Of a stretch of 64,000 nt of DNA, positions 1 to 32,667 are shown piece by piece; the stretch's first letter is position 1, and the number at the start of each line of letters is the position of its first letter. This DNA comes from Chrysomallon squamiferum (lineage: Eukaryota; Animalia; Mollusca): the NCBI GenBank assembly GCA_012295275.1, contig CM022679.1, forward strand, positions 26,970,001 to 27,034,000. Direction: 5' to 3'. The notes under the pieces were generated by a model. That model made no database searches and had not been told where the DNA came from. It was given only the letters and a program-made list of their open reading frames with translations. A program made the position numbers and the translations under genes.

Positions 1-1
1 C

Positions 2-11711
<11,710 letters not shown>

Positions 11712-11838
11712 AGGTAGAATGAGTAAAACAACAACTTTCAAAGCTTTACCAGCCTGTCAAACACGTTTTAACAGTTTGTAGTTAAACACTGAAACCTTTT
11801 AGATAACAGAGCAATGTAATTTGGGCAGACACCTTAAA

Positions 11839-11922
<84 letters not shown>

Positions 11923-12164
11923 TATCATTATTATTATTATTTTTATTATTTTATATTATTATTATTAATATTTGTTATTATTATTTATAGTAGTAGTAGT
12001 GGTGGCAGTAGTAGTATGATTACTAACACTTATTTTTCTTGTTATTTTTAGTAGTAGAATTTGTAGTAGCAGTAGCTGTTGTAGTAATAACAAGATAGTA
12101 ATACTGTTTTTGTTGCTTTTATTTTAATTCTTCTTCTTATTATTATTGTTGCATTGTTGTTTTA

Positions 12165-12200
<36 letters not shown>

Positions 12201-13851
12201 TTTTGCATTGTTGTTGTTATTATTATTGAAACTATATACCTGCAATTAAAGGTGAAATTTCTAAAACAGAAAAATATGAAATGCAGGAGATACAGCATGC
12301 AATTAAACAAATCAACAAACAGACTGACAGACAGTACAGAAAGGATGGATGAACAGACAAGGCAGACAGACAGTACAGTACAGACAGACAGACAGAACAG
12401 ACAGGACACACAGACAGATGGACAGACATACAGGACAGACAAAATTAAACAGAAAAGAAAGTTGACACCTTCTGAAATGTAACCATTGTAAAATAACTTT
12501 TAAATATGTCAAAATCCAAAAAATTAAAAACCTTGATAAACAGTGTGTATGTGTGTATTCTTGTCTGTACTCTTTGATGTCTATGTATGTATGTATGTGC
12601 ATGTATCTATGAATGTGTGTATGTATGTACGTATGTATGTATGTCTCATCCATAAAATTACATGGCTATACAAAACCTCTAAATTCTTCAGATTGATTAA
12701 AAATAAGAAGAAACGAGATTAACAAAACTGAAACACATTAATGAATACCAAAACAGATAATTCATGGTAAATGTTCAGAAAGATGTCAAGCAAGAAGTCA
12801 TCAAAGCAGTGTTTAATGAATTTCACTTTAAACAGACTGTCAACATTACACATAAAGGTAAAAATTATAAATTAATTTTTCGTCAATTTGAATTGCTGTT
12901 TTATCCCACTCATGCTTCTTATTAAAACACTGAACAGCTTTGGGTTGTTTTTGTTTTTTTTTCTTATTTAATACCTAGTGACATTACACTGAACTTTGGT
13001 ATTATATACAACAGTAATTAAGTTTTAACACAACCACTCTGGCAGGTAAAAAATCTCCAAACACACATATCTCTGTATGTTTTAGAGATTTTGGAGATTA
13101 AAACCAGTGGTTCTTATTAACCTTTTATTATGCAGCCCTCCATTTCAAATCATTCTCTAATCTGAAGCTTGTAGATTAGACTTCATACTGTGACAGACAA
13201 ACAGTGAATTATTCAGTGTAGTTATAAGAATTTATAAATAATAAACATGTAGTTTTAACCACTGTCATTTTCTCACAGTGTCGCTTTTAGTTTATAAACA
13301 AATGAAGAAAAGTTAATACAAACCTCAGAAAACATTGAGTTAGTTTATATGAACAGTGAGCTGATTTCCACGACAGTTTAACAGAACGACATTCCACATG
13401 GTAAGAAACCAATTTGTTACATGCAGACAAGTGAAAAAAAAACCCTCACACACACACACAAAAAAACCACACAAATGTTAGCAGGTAAAGTTCAATGAAC
13501 AAGACTGATACGTAATACCTATAAAATTTTAAAAATGAAAACTGACATAAAATGGTTGCAGTTCAAAAAAAAAAAAAAAAAGGGTATGTATAATATAAAG
13601 TGTGGTAATAAAATATAAATTAATCAATACTTTTTTAAACACATGTTTTGCAGCTGTAATTCACAAATAAACAAATCAAAGAATATGTAAAATGATAAAA
13701 GAAAAAAGGAAACAACTGTATATATATATATAAAAGGAATTTTTAGTAATAAAATACATATTAAATGAAATGTATAATTACTATTATTATTACTATTTCT
13801 TTTCATTTCTTTTTATGTTTTTATTACTATTATTATTATTTAATTGTTTGT

Positions 13852-13892
<41 letters not shown>

Positions 13893-14239
13893 TCTTTTTG
13901 GGTTGCATTGATTGATATAATTAAAATATTTAAAAAAAATAATAATTCAAAATTAAATCAACTTATTTGCATACTTTGTCATGGCAACACATCTTGCAAC
14001 ACTACATTTTTTATGCATTCTAACATACAAAACTGACAGATTTATTATCACTTATAAGGTTCTTAAAAAAATCAAACTTACTAAGTACCACTACAGTTAA
14101 TGTTTTTGTCAGAGTCATTGTTTTTTTTATTAAATCTGTTAAGTCTTAACTATTTATCTTTCAGCATTCATCGTAAATAGCTTTATTTACATTTCTATAA
14201 TTTAAAAAAAAAAAAAAAAATTTTAAATTAAAAATCACA

Positions 14240-14730
14240 TTTTACAACTCACAGTAGTTTAAATCATCCAATGAAAGTTTTACAACTCACAGTGAGTAGT
14301 TCAGTTTACAGTGAGTAGGTCCAATCATCTAAACAACACAACACCACATAACTCACAGTGATTCAAGCCAGTGTGAGTAATTTAAATCATCCCCATGTCA
14401 TAGCATATGTTTCAGTGAGTAATTTAAGTGAGTGTGAGTAATTCAAATCATCTCTAAACTAAAACACATATTATTTCTCACAGAAATTCAAATCAGCATG
14501 AGTAATTCAAAACTCAACAATATAAAACATATTGTAACTCACTGTAATTCAAATAAATCACTGTGAATAGTTCAAATCAGTATGAGTAGTTCAAATCATC
14601 CTTATATCACAACACGTTTTATAATTCACAGTGAATAATTGAACTTCTCTACTTCATAATGCATCTTATAACTCAGAGATTCAAAACAATGTGAGAAGTT
14701 CAAACATCTCTACAGTGAGTAATTCTAATC
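14240..14730. repeat. Degenerate tandem repeat with actcacagtgagt / gtgagtaattcaaatcatc core
   Basis: The motif recurs many times in variant forms. Confidence 0.75.
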
Positions 14731-14813
14731 TGTCTCCATTATTCTAAAATTCTGGTGATATCTTTTTTTCTTTAAATATCTGGCTTGATATTATAAAATT
14801 GCAGAAACTTAAA

Positions 14814-14862
<49 letters not shown>

Positions 14863-14962
14863 TAACAATAATAATAAATAATGTCTCAATTTAATGATGA
14901 ATGATGATGAATGTAATAATAATTGACAATAATAATAATAATATTAATAATGATAATATCAA

Positions 14963-15009
<47 letters not shown>

Positions 15010-15677
15010 TCTCTTTCGAGAATGAAGTGTTGACATATGGTAAAGTACGATCAGGGGTGTTAAAGCTCATTTCGGTAGAAGCAAGTTTAAACTCATTCGG
15101 TTTTTCAGCGCACAGTATACTGAAGAGATCTCACCTATGACCTGTGTATAAATAACACTGTTTAACACCACATTTTTTTCCACAACTTTATTCTAATCTT
15201 TCTGTTTATAAAGCACTCTTTCTGATGTATTGACATATATGACATTATATATGATATGACACACACACCTATATATATATAGTATATAGAAAATTTGTTT
15301 AAAGTGGGTGTGGGTATGTGTGCATATATATACATATTAAAAGCAATCTTCTTTATCATCATACTTTAGTAAGACTGGTAAAATTCAACTGAAAAAAATT
15401 CATGTGCCAGCTTTTAACTGCAGGACTCACCGTGAATATTAATCTCTAATTAAGAATTACAGATCTGACTACATCAGGGGTGGAATGTTTTTTTCACCAG
15501 TTTAAACCAGAAAAGGCTCGTGTTATGTAACATGACAATTTTCTTAATAACATATTTGTGTATTCTGCATCATGGTCAAAACACCATTTGGGTTAATAAT
15601 AAATAAATAATAAATAAATAAAATAAAATAACTGTCAGAAGACAGTTGTTATACACAAAATATTTGTTAAGACAGTC

Positions 15678-15782
15678 TTATTTTATTTTATTTTATTTTA
15701 TTTTATTTTATTTTATTTTATTTTATTTTATTTTATTTTATTTTATTTTATTTTATTTTATTTTATTTATTTATTTATTTAT
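15678..15782. repeat. (TTTTA)n/(TTTA)n microsatellite
   Basis: Directly visible. Confidence 0.95.
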
Positions 15783-15814
15783 TTTTTTTTGTTGCTATCA
15801 TAACAAACAAAAAT

Positions 15815-16030
15815 ATCCAAAAAAATCAGAACCTTCTTTCATGGGTTACTCTTTTCAGTTAGCAGTAAGGTGTGTTTAACATGCCCCTTCTCACAGAAAA
15901 CCACAGAAAAATGATTTTTTTTTTTTTTTTTTTTAAATGTGGGATACTATTTGGAATGGGAAACAACCCAGCAAGTACATTAAGGAGGATTGATTCTGCA
16001 GTCTGTTATAAATAAGCTCTGTGTTGTAAC
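15815..16030 (+). mobile_element. Old SINE-like dispersed repeat relic
   Basis: Shares degenerate blocks (catgggttactcttt..ttagcag(c)aagg..ttttat..gcactggctggaatgggaaa..gaggattgat) with about 4500-4625, 32480-32770, 37400-37560, 50320-50420 and 55330-55420, and in reverse with about 24910-24980 and 44395-44460. It resembles an abundant gastropod repeat from memory; not searched. Confidence 0.5.
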
Positions 16031-16538
16031 CAACTCACCCGGCATTTGTTCATCTATTCATCTGTGTATGTGTAAAGAAAAACTGTGTTAATGTATTAAA
16101 ATTTAATCTATGTCAGTGTTATTACAATCAGTCTAGTTTTATTGATTTGTGGAAAAAAAAAAAAACCGTCAGGATAAAAGCTATAGAATTAGTTTATAAT
16201 TTCCTTCATGTTCCAGTACATTTTAAATTCTGTGTCTGTATTCTCCCCTTATATCTCTCTATTTTTCATTTTCTATATCTTTATTTCTTTCATTCACAAA
16301 CATGTACATACACACAATTATATACAGACCTTCAAACAGACCTGTAAATATTGATATATATAGATATATATATATATATATATAGATGTGCATAATTATG
16401 TATGTATGCATATACATATGCATGTCTGTGAATAAATCTATGTGTTTGTGTAAGTATGTATGCATATATAAACACTTGTGTTTGTATATATGAATACACA
16501 GCCATTATCACCTGTATGTAGGTGTGTACGCATGTGTT

Positions 16539-16582
<44 letters not shown>

Positions 16583-16734
16583 CAAATACATAGACACAAA
16601 TATATATACACATACATACAGATACAAACATACATACACACACACACACACAAATATCAGATACATATATATGTGCAAATGATTATGTTAGCGTTACATT
16701 TAAACTTTTCATTGTCATTTTTATAAAAAAAATT

Positions 16735-16784
<50 letters not shown>

Positions 16785-16816
16785 TGTTTCAGATTGCAAA
16801 ACAACAGCAAAAAAAC

Positions 16817-16855
<39 letters not shown>

Positions 16856-17249
16856 TCAGTGTGGATATTTGGTGTTCAAACATGTTTTTTAAAATTGTAA
16901 ACTCTAAATTCAGTGCTCAAAAGTGCTATATTATTTTGTTTTTTTTAAAATTTAATATTCTACCTTTTTTGCACTCATCTCGCCAAACAACTGTCTGCCT
17001 CCAGTGTTAGGAAATCTACAGTAAGAATTGTAAACATCATTTTCCTGTCACAGTTTTCTCATTAACAACCAGGTTAATTACAGGTGTAGCTAATTAGCAG
17101 TAATTACTGCAGCAACTAGGTGAGGATAATTAAAAATTAATTGTAATTCTGAACATTAGGAATTAATTATTAATTAAACAGTTGTTTAGTTGAACAGATA
17201 TATGATACATTCACTAACCCATGCATGGATTATAAAAGAAATGTACATC

Positions 17250-17560
17250 AAAAATAATATATAAATAAATACTGAAATATGTATGTATATTATGTATTTA
17301 AAGCTGCATTTGCATTTAAATGAAAAGCACATCTAAGGTAATATTATACATAAACACTGAAAAATATACCATTACATGTATTATGTATTTTACACCCATA
17401 AGATATTTAAATGAAATTTATATAAAAAAAATAATGCATAAATACTGAAAGATATACATGTATTGTGAATTTGAAATCCACATATATATTTAAATGAAAT
17501 ATATATCAAAAATAATAGGTGAATAAATACTTAAAGCTATACATATATTTAAGAATGTGT
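17250..17560. repeat. ~86-bp degenerate tandem repeat, about 4 copies
   Basis: taaatactgaaa-like anchors at about 17266, 17351, 17439 and 17524, with atttaaatgaaa between them. Confidence 0.75.
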
Positions 17561-18541
17561 GTATTTAAGTGTGTTTCGAATGTATATTATTATTTAGTAA
17601 TTAAAACTGGTTTCCAGAAAAAAAAAAAAAAAAAAAAAAAAATTATTTTCAGTTAGTCTAAATAAAACAAATTAGATGGTTGTATTCTATTTTATCTACC
17701 TGTCTGTCTCTATCAATCAATAAACCCCCTATCTATCAGTCTGTCTGTCAGTATCTATCTCCTTCAGTCTGTATCTAAATCAACTGTTCTGTATAATCAT
17801 CCATCTATTTATTTATCTGTTCATTCTATATCCATCTGTCCATTCATCTAACTATTCATCAGTTCATGCACATGCAGTCCCTCATGGTTTTGATCTACCT
17901 GTCCACTGCTAATGCTAAACCTATATGAGTCAATCTATACATCCATCTATTTACATATAACAATTTATAAACAATTCAATCCATCCGTTTGCACATCCAG
18001 GAATCCAACTGAAACCAGGAACTTAATGATTATAATCCACCTACCCATTATAGATCTTTTTTTTTTTAAAAAGGACAGAACTATCCACTACATATTAAAA
18101 AACATCCATCTACATCCCTTAGAGGAGCAGCACATATCTGAATCCTTGTTTTAATATCCTCCACAAACTGTCTGTTCACAACATTCATCCTTTTGAATAC
18201 ATTATCCACGTAAAGAGGCAGACGCTGTGAAACTGCCGTGAAACTTGACCAGAATGTTTAGACTGTAGTCATAGTTAGTTGCGGGATTTGAACAGAGAGC
18301 AGTCAGGCAGAATAAGAGTTTAAAACCAACTTAAGTTTGAGGCGGGCAGATTTAACAAACCACATTAGGTCGTCACAAGTTCACCACTAAATTCTGCACG
18401 GTCAGATGAGGTGAAACTTGAAAATGATGGAAATTGTGCTGCACTGTTTGTTGTTTATTGGTTTTAGGGAAAATACTGAATGATATATATATATATATAT
18501 ATATGCAGGCACAAACACATAGACACATACGTATGTTTATG

Positions 18542-18575
<34 letters not shown>

Positions 18576-18928
18576 TGTCTATATATAGACAGAAAGACAA
18601 ACAAATGTACTTTTAATATATGTGAGTGTATTAATTAAAAGACAGATTACACAAACCAAAAAAAAAAAAAAATTCACAAAGATATTAAAAACAATATATT
18701 CTGTCATTTTCTTCATAAAATAACCATACATGTAATATAAAAACAATAACAATAAAAAGATGAGTAGGATGAAAAAGTATTGATCTATGAAAATAAACAC
18801 ACTCATACCAAAAAAAAAAAAAAAATATATATATATATACACACACACAAAAACACGCACGCACGCACGCACGCACGCACTCACATTAAAAGAACCTGTA
18901 TGTATTAACACTGACAAATAATATAAAA

Positions 18929-18963
<35 letters not shown>

Positions 18964-19110
18964 ATGAAACAACCCATCTTCTGCTCTTTGGGAATAATAA
19001 TACAACTAATAATATTAATAATAAATAACATCTCGTCAGTATAATAGTTATCACGATTATAATTATTGCTAGTTTATTTTTATCACCAGCATTATTATTA
19101 GTTTTCCATG

Positions 19111-19161
<51 letters not shown>

Positions 19162-19179
19162 TATTCAACCACTGTTTTT

Positions 19180-20200
19180 GACACAACTCGCTACGTAAAA
19201 CGGTCCCTCGATATTTATAGCCATACTCGAACGGTTATCAACAGCCTAACAGTAACACGTAGGTCTACAAGACAAACAGCTATTACGACGGATTTATCCT
19301 TAATTTACACCCTTTTCTTTACACCTCTCCAGTCAGAGATAATACTTTAATGATTTTTCAAACTACAAATAATTTCCATGCACACGAGTCGCAATTGTTA
19401 CAGTTAAGGACGCGATTGTTCCGTTACGGCTTTCTTTCTGATTTCTGACAAGTGTGCGATATTTGCTATCTAAACCGGACCATTGTTAACAAAGCTATTA
19501 ATCTTTATCAAGCGCGCACTTACGCTGAATGGTTTACTTACCCTTTCTTTGATAACCAGATTTAGATTTAGACACAAGTCTGAGCTTGCGGATACTTACT
19601 GTTCCGTCTGACATTTAGCCTACCTGGCCGTTTCACCTGCTCCGTTAATCCTTATCCGCTTAAACGATTAGCCTACAGGACTTCATCAGCGTTCATAACT
19701 CTATCACTATTAATATAAATAAAGTAAAAAAAAAAAATATATTTTAATGTTTAATATTTAAACGTTACCTTCAACACAGACATCACACAATAAGGAAAAG
19801 TTTTCTGTAATTCGTTTTTTCATTCATTAGTAAAACATCCCGAAAGGTTCCCTCTTAGCTGGTAGTAAGCGGGCGATGAGCCCTCGACAACTAGACTGGC
19901 TATAAGGTTTACATTAGCAACGCCCCTGTCCGAAAGCGCGACATTGTATGAAATAGCGGTTATTAAACAAGTACATCAATCAAGTACTACACACCGAACA
20001 GGATATTACATTATCATAAAAGAAACATATAATGAAAATATAAATATATTGTAGTAGTATTCGCAGTAATGAAAGGCTAAATTCAATTAGACTGTGATTC
20101 GTCAAGTGACAAGTAAAGGTTATTTATATAACTATGTAGCATACGTGCACGTACGAGCACTTAAAATACAAGAACTCATGCACTTACGAATGCGCGCAAC
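19180..20200 (-). promoter_or_regulatory. Candidate promoter/first-exon region of the CH-domain gene
   Basis: CpG dinucleotides are frequent here but scarce in the downstream introns. There are minus-strand GTAAGT donors near 19541 and 19569 and an ATG giving MSDGT in phase 0. Confidence 0.4.
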
Positions 20201-20515
20201 GACACACACAAACATTTTTGCATACATGTAACAAACAAACATAGCTACAGTAAATAAATATTTCGATTAATTGTGATAATATTTTTAGTTTAATAATTTT
20301 AAAATCTAATGTGAATGTTATATATATATATATGAAATTGTATACTCTAAACTATCTCCACTGTCTTCTCACAATACGATTTTTTTTTTTTTTTTTTTTG
20401 AAAAAGCTGAATATTTTCCAAAAGACTTCAAATTTGATAACTTAAAACAATCGAAAATAAGGGGAGAAAAATTAACCTCTAGAAAAGGGATTTATTGTTG
20501 TTGTTGTTGTTGTTG

Positions 20516-20579
<64 letters not shown>

Positions 20580-21231
20580 TACTATTTTATATTAATTTTA
20601 AAGCGCCCATTATTTTATGTAAATTAATGAGAATGGATAAAATGTAATATTTTTTTGGTTTGTTAAATAAATTTGTTGTTGTTTATAAACGACATACTTG
20701 GTTTTCATTATTAATTGGTAGGGTAAGAGAGAGAGAGAGCGAGAGAGAGAGAGTTTATTGACAAAACATCTGACAGAAAAAACAAATCTGTACAGATAGT
20801 AAGTCCTTCTGCGCTGTCATTTACTATTGAATGTCAGTGATTTTACAAATAATTACGTTTGTTACCATGAAGCAATGGTTAATCTCTGTCAATCATATTC
20901 AGTTTTAGAAAAAATGGATCTAAGCCCTTTTGCAACTGAGCTTTGCGTGTGTGTTTGTGTGTGTTGTGTTGTGTGTGTGTGTGTGTGTGTGTGTGTATTT
21001 GAAGTGCACGCGTGATGAGACACAGTGTTGAGGATTATGTATTAATGTTACACATAAAATTAATTCTCTGGTATAATAATTAAATTAAAATTCCCGCTCC
21101 CTCTCTCTCGGTCTCTCAAACTGCAGCATCATGTAAAACATATAATAATAATAATAATAACAACAACAACAACAGCAACAACAACAACAACAACTACTAC
21201 TACTACTACTACTACTATAATAATAATAATA

Positions 21232-22290
21232 ATTATTATTATTATTTTCGTTCGATTGTTGACTATACTCAAGGCCAGGAGAATCTATGAACAAAACTGT
21301 TCTCTGTAGATCGCGTCTTTTTCCATACAGCTTCTTCTTCTTGAGAGTTGTAGTTGTCCAGGTAGTATCTCCTTCAGCTGCTGTAGATTTATGCAATTTT
21401 AGATTACATGTTCAGTCCTCTGTTCTTCTTCTTCTCCTCCACAGGAGCACGAGGATGTGTTGGTTCAGCCTATTGTATCCAGTTCTTAATCGGAAAACAA
21501 TAACTTGTTCTCAACGGGATAGCAAGTTGTAGTCATCGGTTTGTCTAGTAGGTCTATAACGAGATTTAACAAGAATATTCATCTCTTCGTACGTCACCCA
21601 GTTATCCTCCTGTTCATTACCAGCTCAGAGAGAGCACCTGTGACGAAGACAACACATTGAACAGTTCTGCTGTCTGGTGCTGATGATCATGACGTGCCTT
21701 TTCTCGATAGCCACCAGGGTCCGTGGTGTTTATTCCAGCTCCTCTGTTTTCCACTGCATTTGTTGCAGATCTATCAGTATATGCCTGCGTCCATGATGTC
21801 TTTGGGTGGTGTTCGTCAATCACGGTCTGAGGCACGGCTCGTTTGTGTGACTCACTGTGTTTCTCTCCACGGGTGAGGTGTTGGACATACTGCAGATCTT
21901 TACATTGTCCAGTTGTGGTTCCAGAATGGGATGCAGCTTGACAGTCCTAAACTGATGTATTTTGTCTAGCAGTTGCGCCTTGTGTTGTCTCAGAGGTGAT
22001 TAGCTCCTGTTTATGAACGCTGTTCTTTTGTTCTTCTGATGCTGGAATAATCGTTCGTTATTTGTTCTCTGGGTGCTGTGGCAAAGACTTGAACTTTTGG
22101 TTGCTTTTGGTATGAGCTTGGGTTCCCGGTGTTTGCTCAGGGATATGGTACTAGCTAGCTGTTCCATTTTCTCCACGGCATTTATTATCCTGGGTGCTTG
22201 GTTTTGAACATTTCAGTAGGTTATGATCTGCACTTGATACAAGCTAGTTTCATCATTATGGTAAGTTTTCTTCGATCTTTGGTCTCAGTT
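21232..22290 (-). mobile_element. Decayed, 5'-truncated non-LTR retrotransposon with RNase H (I/Ingi/Nimb-like group)
   Basis: Minus-strand remnants: WTQAYTDRSATNAVENRGAG (RNase H YTDGS-like motif), EQVIVFRLRTGYNRLNQH, then CSCGGEEEE..TEHVI..C zinc-knuckle remnant, ending in an (AAT)n tail. Many stops and frameshifts. Confidence 0.8.
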
Positions 22291-23242
22291 TTCTCTACAT
22301 ATAAATAACAACAACAACAACGACAACGACAACAACAACAATAATAATAATCATAATAGACACATTTTATTATGTAACTGTAATGATCGGACATACTAAG
22401 ATTTATTTATTTGTTTATGCTGTTGTTGTTGTGTTGTTTTTTGGTGGGGTTTTTTAGGGGAGGGTTTCTGTTTTCTTTTTCATTTCATTTCTTTCTTTCT
22501 TTCTTTCTTCTTCTTTGTTTTCATCCATTTTAATTAATAATGGAGTATAACACAAAAAAGTACAGCTTTAAAAATATGGCGTCAGCATTTGTCTGTAGTT
22601 GTGACTTCGTTGCGTGTAGTTTTGTTCTAGTTAGTCAAAAACATCTTATAACAGTATTATTTTATTAGATCATTTGGGAAACTATAATTCACTGAAGAAT
22701 GGCTGTTGCTGAATGACAGAATGCTAGCCTAATATGCATGTATGCATGCGATCTATTCTCGTACGTGCCGCACTTGGTTAAAGTAGTCAGTGGCATATAT
22801 TTACTTTATCACTATGATATATTTTATGTTTTCCGTCGATAGAAAGGTTTCCATAAAACATTCGTTGCACCTGTTTATAAACAGAACTGTAACTGCGGGT
22901 TTATAAACGTCTATTTAAAATGTATTGACTATGTCATGAAAACATTTAATTTTTTTAATTTTTCTTTTTTTTTAAATTTATTATGCAAACTGTGTTTATT
23001 ACCATTCTTAATGACTAATTTTGATTACAAACTTCAAACTTGAAGTTCTCAGTTACATGTCTAACGCTTTGTTCCTGATTTATTTATTTATTATTATTAT
23101 TATAGTCGTTGTTTTAATGAAGTAACGGGTGTAGGAATAGCTATTGTAGTTGTTGCTGCAGTCGCTACTGTATGCCAATTAAATTACATAATGATGTGAA
23201 AGTTTATAATAAACTTGTTGTTGTGAAAGTATGATTTTGTTT

Positions 23243-23434
23243 TGCGCATGCGGAAAACACATATAATTTCCGTTTCCTGTCATACCACAAAATACAAAAC
23301 TAACATAAATAAAACCATGTTTTTGCTAATATTTGCATTAAACATTGTTAAATGCGATGTTGTAGTATAGTTTACTAGGGTCTAAGTGCCATTCTGTGAT
23401 TACATTTTTGGTTCGTCGTTTCTGTCACGTAAGA
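23243..23434 (+). promoter_or_regulatory. Candidate KLHL promoter and non-coding first exon
   Basis: NRF1-like TGCGCATGCG at 23243-23252, ETS-like TTTCCG/TTCCTG just downstream, CpG retention, and a donor CAC|GTAAGA at 23428/23429. Confidence 0.4.
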
Positions 23435-24150
23435 CTTTAAGATGATTTGATCATAATTATTAGAAAAACCACATCAACTCGCTTCAAGTTCGACACTGGT
23501 CATGAGTCGACACTCGAAAACATTGCCATTGGTCCCATTGAAAATATAAACTATAATTTTGCTGTTAATTAAATAGAACATATTACAAAATAATTTTAAA
23601 AATAATATAAATTTTCTATCATTAGAGAAAAAAGGAAAAAAAAAAAAATTGTTATCATTTCAAAAACTACTCCACTGTTGTAACAATCATAATACTGGAA
23701 TTCTAAATAGTAAATCCAATATCTATAACATTTATTTATTAATTTAATATTATGAATTAGAAAGTGCATTATTTACTATCAATTTAATTTTATAATTTAC
23801 TGTTACAATAAAGCAGTAATTTGTATATATGAACAAATTATTATTTTTAGTATTTGTCATATATGTAATTTAGTATTTACCAAAGATTATTGACATTTGT
23901 TTTTATCATACATAAATTATAGTAAACATTGTAAAGGTCAACCTTTTTTCACTGCATATTCTTTATATCAAGTTGATTAGTAGTGAAATAAGAAATTCAC
24001 ATTGACCAGAAATGATTCACATAATACTTTTTTAAGACACCCTTTTTATAATCACATTCATGATAAAAGTAAAAAGCTCATATTAGTCTAAAGGTTTAAA
24101 ATTTAAAAAAATTAATTTCAATGAATAACTAATTTATGAGACCCTGAAAT

Positions 24151-24185
<35 letters not shown>

Positions 24186-24620
24186 CTGTTTACAGTTAAT
24201 TCTAAAGTCTGACTTTTCTTAACTACACTTTTCTCTTTAAAGAAATGATTGTGTCTTTGGTAGAAAATAGATTAAAATGTGCAACATTATTCTTTAAATG
24301 TGACATAATATAAATATGACAAATACTAACCAAACATGTTTTGTTATTAAATTAACATAAATTATACAAGCTTGTGAAAGCTGATTTTAACCCAAAAAGT
24401 TAGGTGATCACGATCAAGGTGATGGACACCACTGATGTGGATGTTGCTGATGTAGTGGTCATTGCTGGCATCATAGTCTCAACCAGTATCATATTCACTG
24501 CCTTTTAAGACTCTTTAATTGTTTGTGAACACAGGCATTCTCTTTTCTTTGTGTAGATTGAACTGTACAGATTACATATATTGGGTAAATATTTTTCAGC
24601 TGGTGTTCCATTTTGTCAGA

Positions 24621-31889
<7,269 letters not shown>

Positions 31890-32191
31890 CATCATCAAAT
31901 GTGACTGTTACAATTCCTGTGATTGGATGCTTCATGTGTATGGAAGTCTCTGATTGGCTTATCTCAACAAAATGGCTGTGACCAAGGAATGGAGACATAT
32001 TAACGTAGAAGGAACTTATTATTAAAAAAGAGACAAAGAGAAGTGAAAGATAATGTCATGGAATAGTTACCGAAGGTAATTAATGGAAGGGCTCACTGTT
32101 TCTAATCATACATTCTATTATATAGGTAGTCAGATGAAAAAGGCAACAAAGATATAGTGTTAACATCCAGAATTAAGGAATGCATGTTTAA

Positions 32192-32421
32192 CCATTTCTT
32201 TGCAATAGGCAGATATATCCACTCAAGGTTTTATTACTGTTAACTGCATTTACCTCATGGCCTTGAAATAAACTTAGTATATGCTGTAACAAGCAGACAC
32301 ATCCCCAGGGACTACCAAACAATGTATCAGCCCAGTAGGAGTTGCAGTCTGTGGGGTAGCAATGTAGCTGTTAGTCTTGTTCATTTTGCTGGGAGCTATT
32401 TTTAATTACGCAGTGAAAGGG
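32192..32421. mobile_element. Possible degenerate piggyBac-type MITE
   Basis: TTAA|ccatttctttgc ... gcagtgaaaggg|TTAA; 9/12 inverted-repeat match flanked by TTAA. Confidence 0.3.
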
Positions 32422-32531
32422 TTAACTATTTTTTTTTTTTTTACGTTATTAGGTGGTAACAAACATCAGGCACTGTTTTGACAGTGATACATTAGAGAGG
32501 AGACCCTCAGCTGCCACATAATGAAAAGCTG

Positions 32532-32667
32532 CCACCATATAGGAATAGGAATAGGAATAGGAAAAAAATTAACGTGCTAATCAGAGCAAGCTGTTGTGAA
32601 GTACATCTGCAACGGGCACGCTTTCTGACAGGTCAGCGGGCATGTCCGTCGCAGATCCACCATATAG
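32532..32667 (-). mobile_element. Young 114-bp retroposon-like insert (32543-32656) with 11-bp TSD, nested in an older SINE-like relic
   Basis: Exact direct repeats CCACCATATAG at 32532-32542 and 32657-32667, a (CTATTC)3 tail on the minus strand, and a CpG-rich body. Confidence 0.8.

Noticed and set aside
15051-15110. CAGGGGTGTTAAAGCTCATT, a hAT-like terminus (similar CAGTGGTTCTT near 13105)
   Set aside because: No matching opposite TIR or TSD could be identified.
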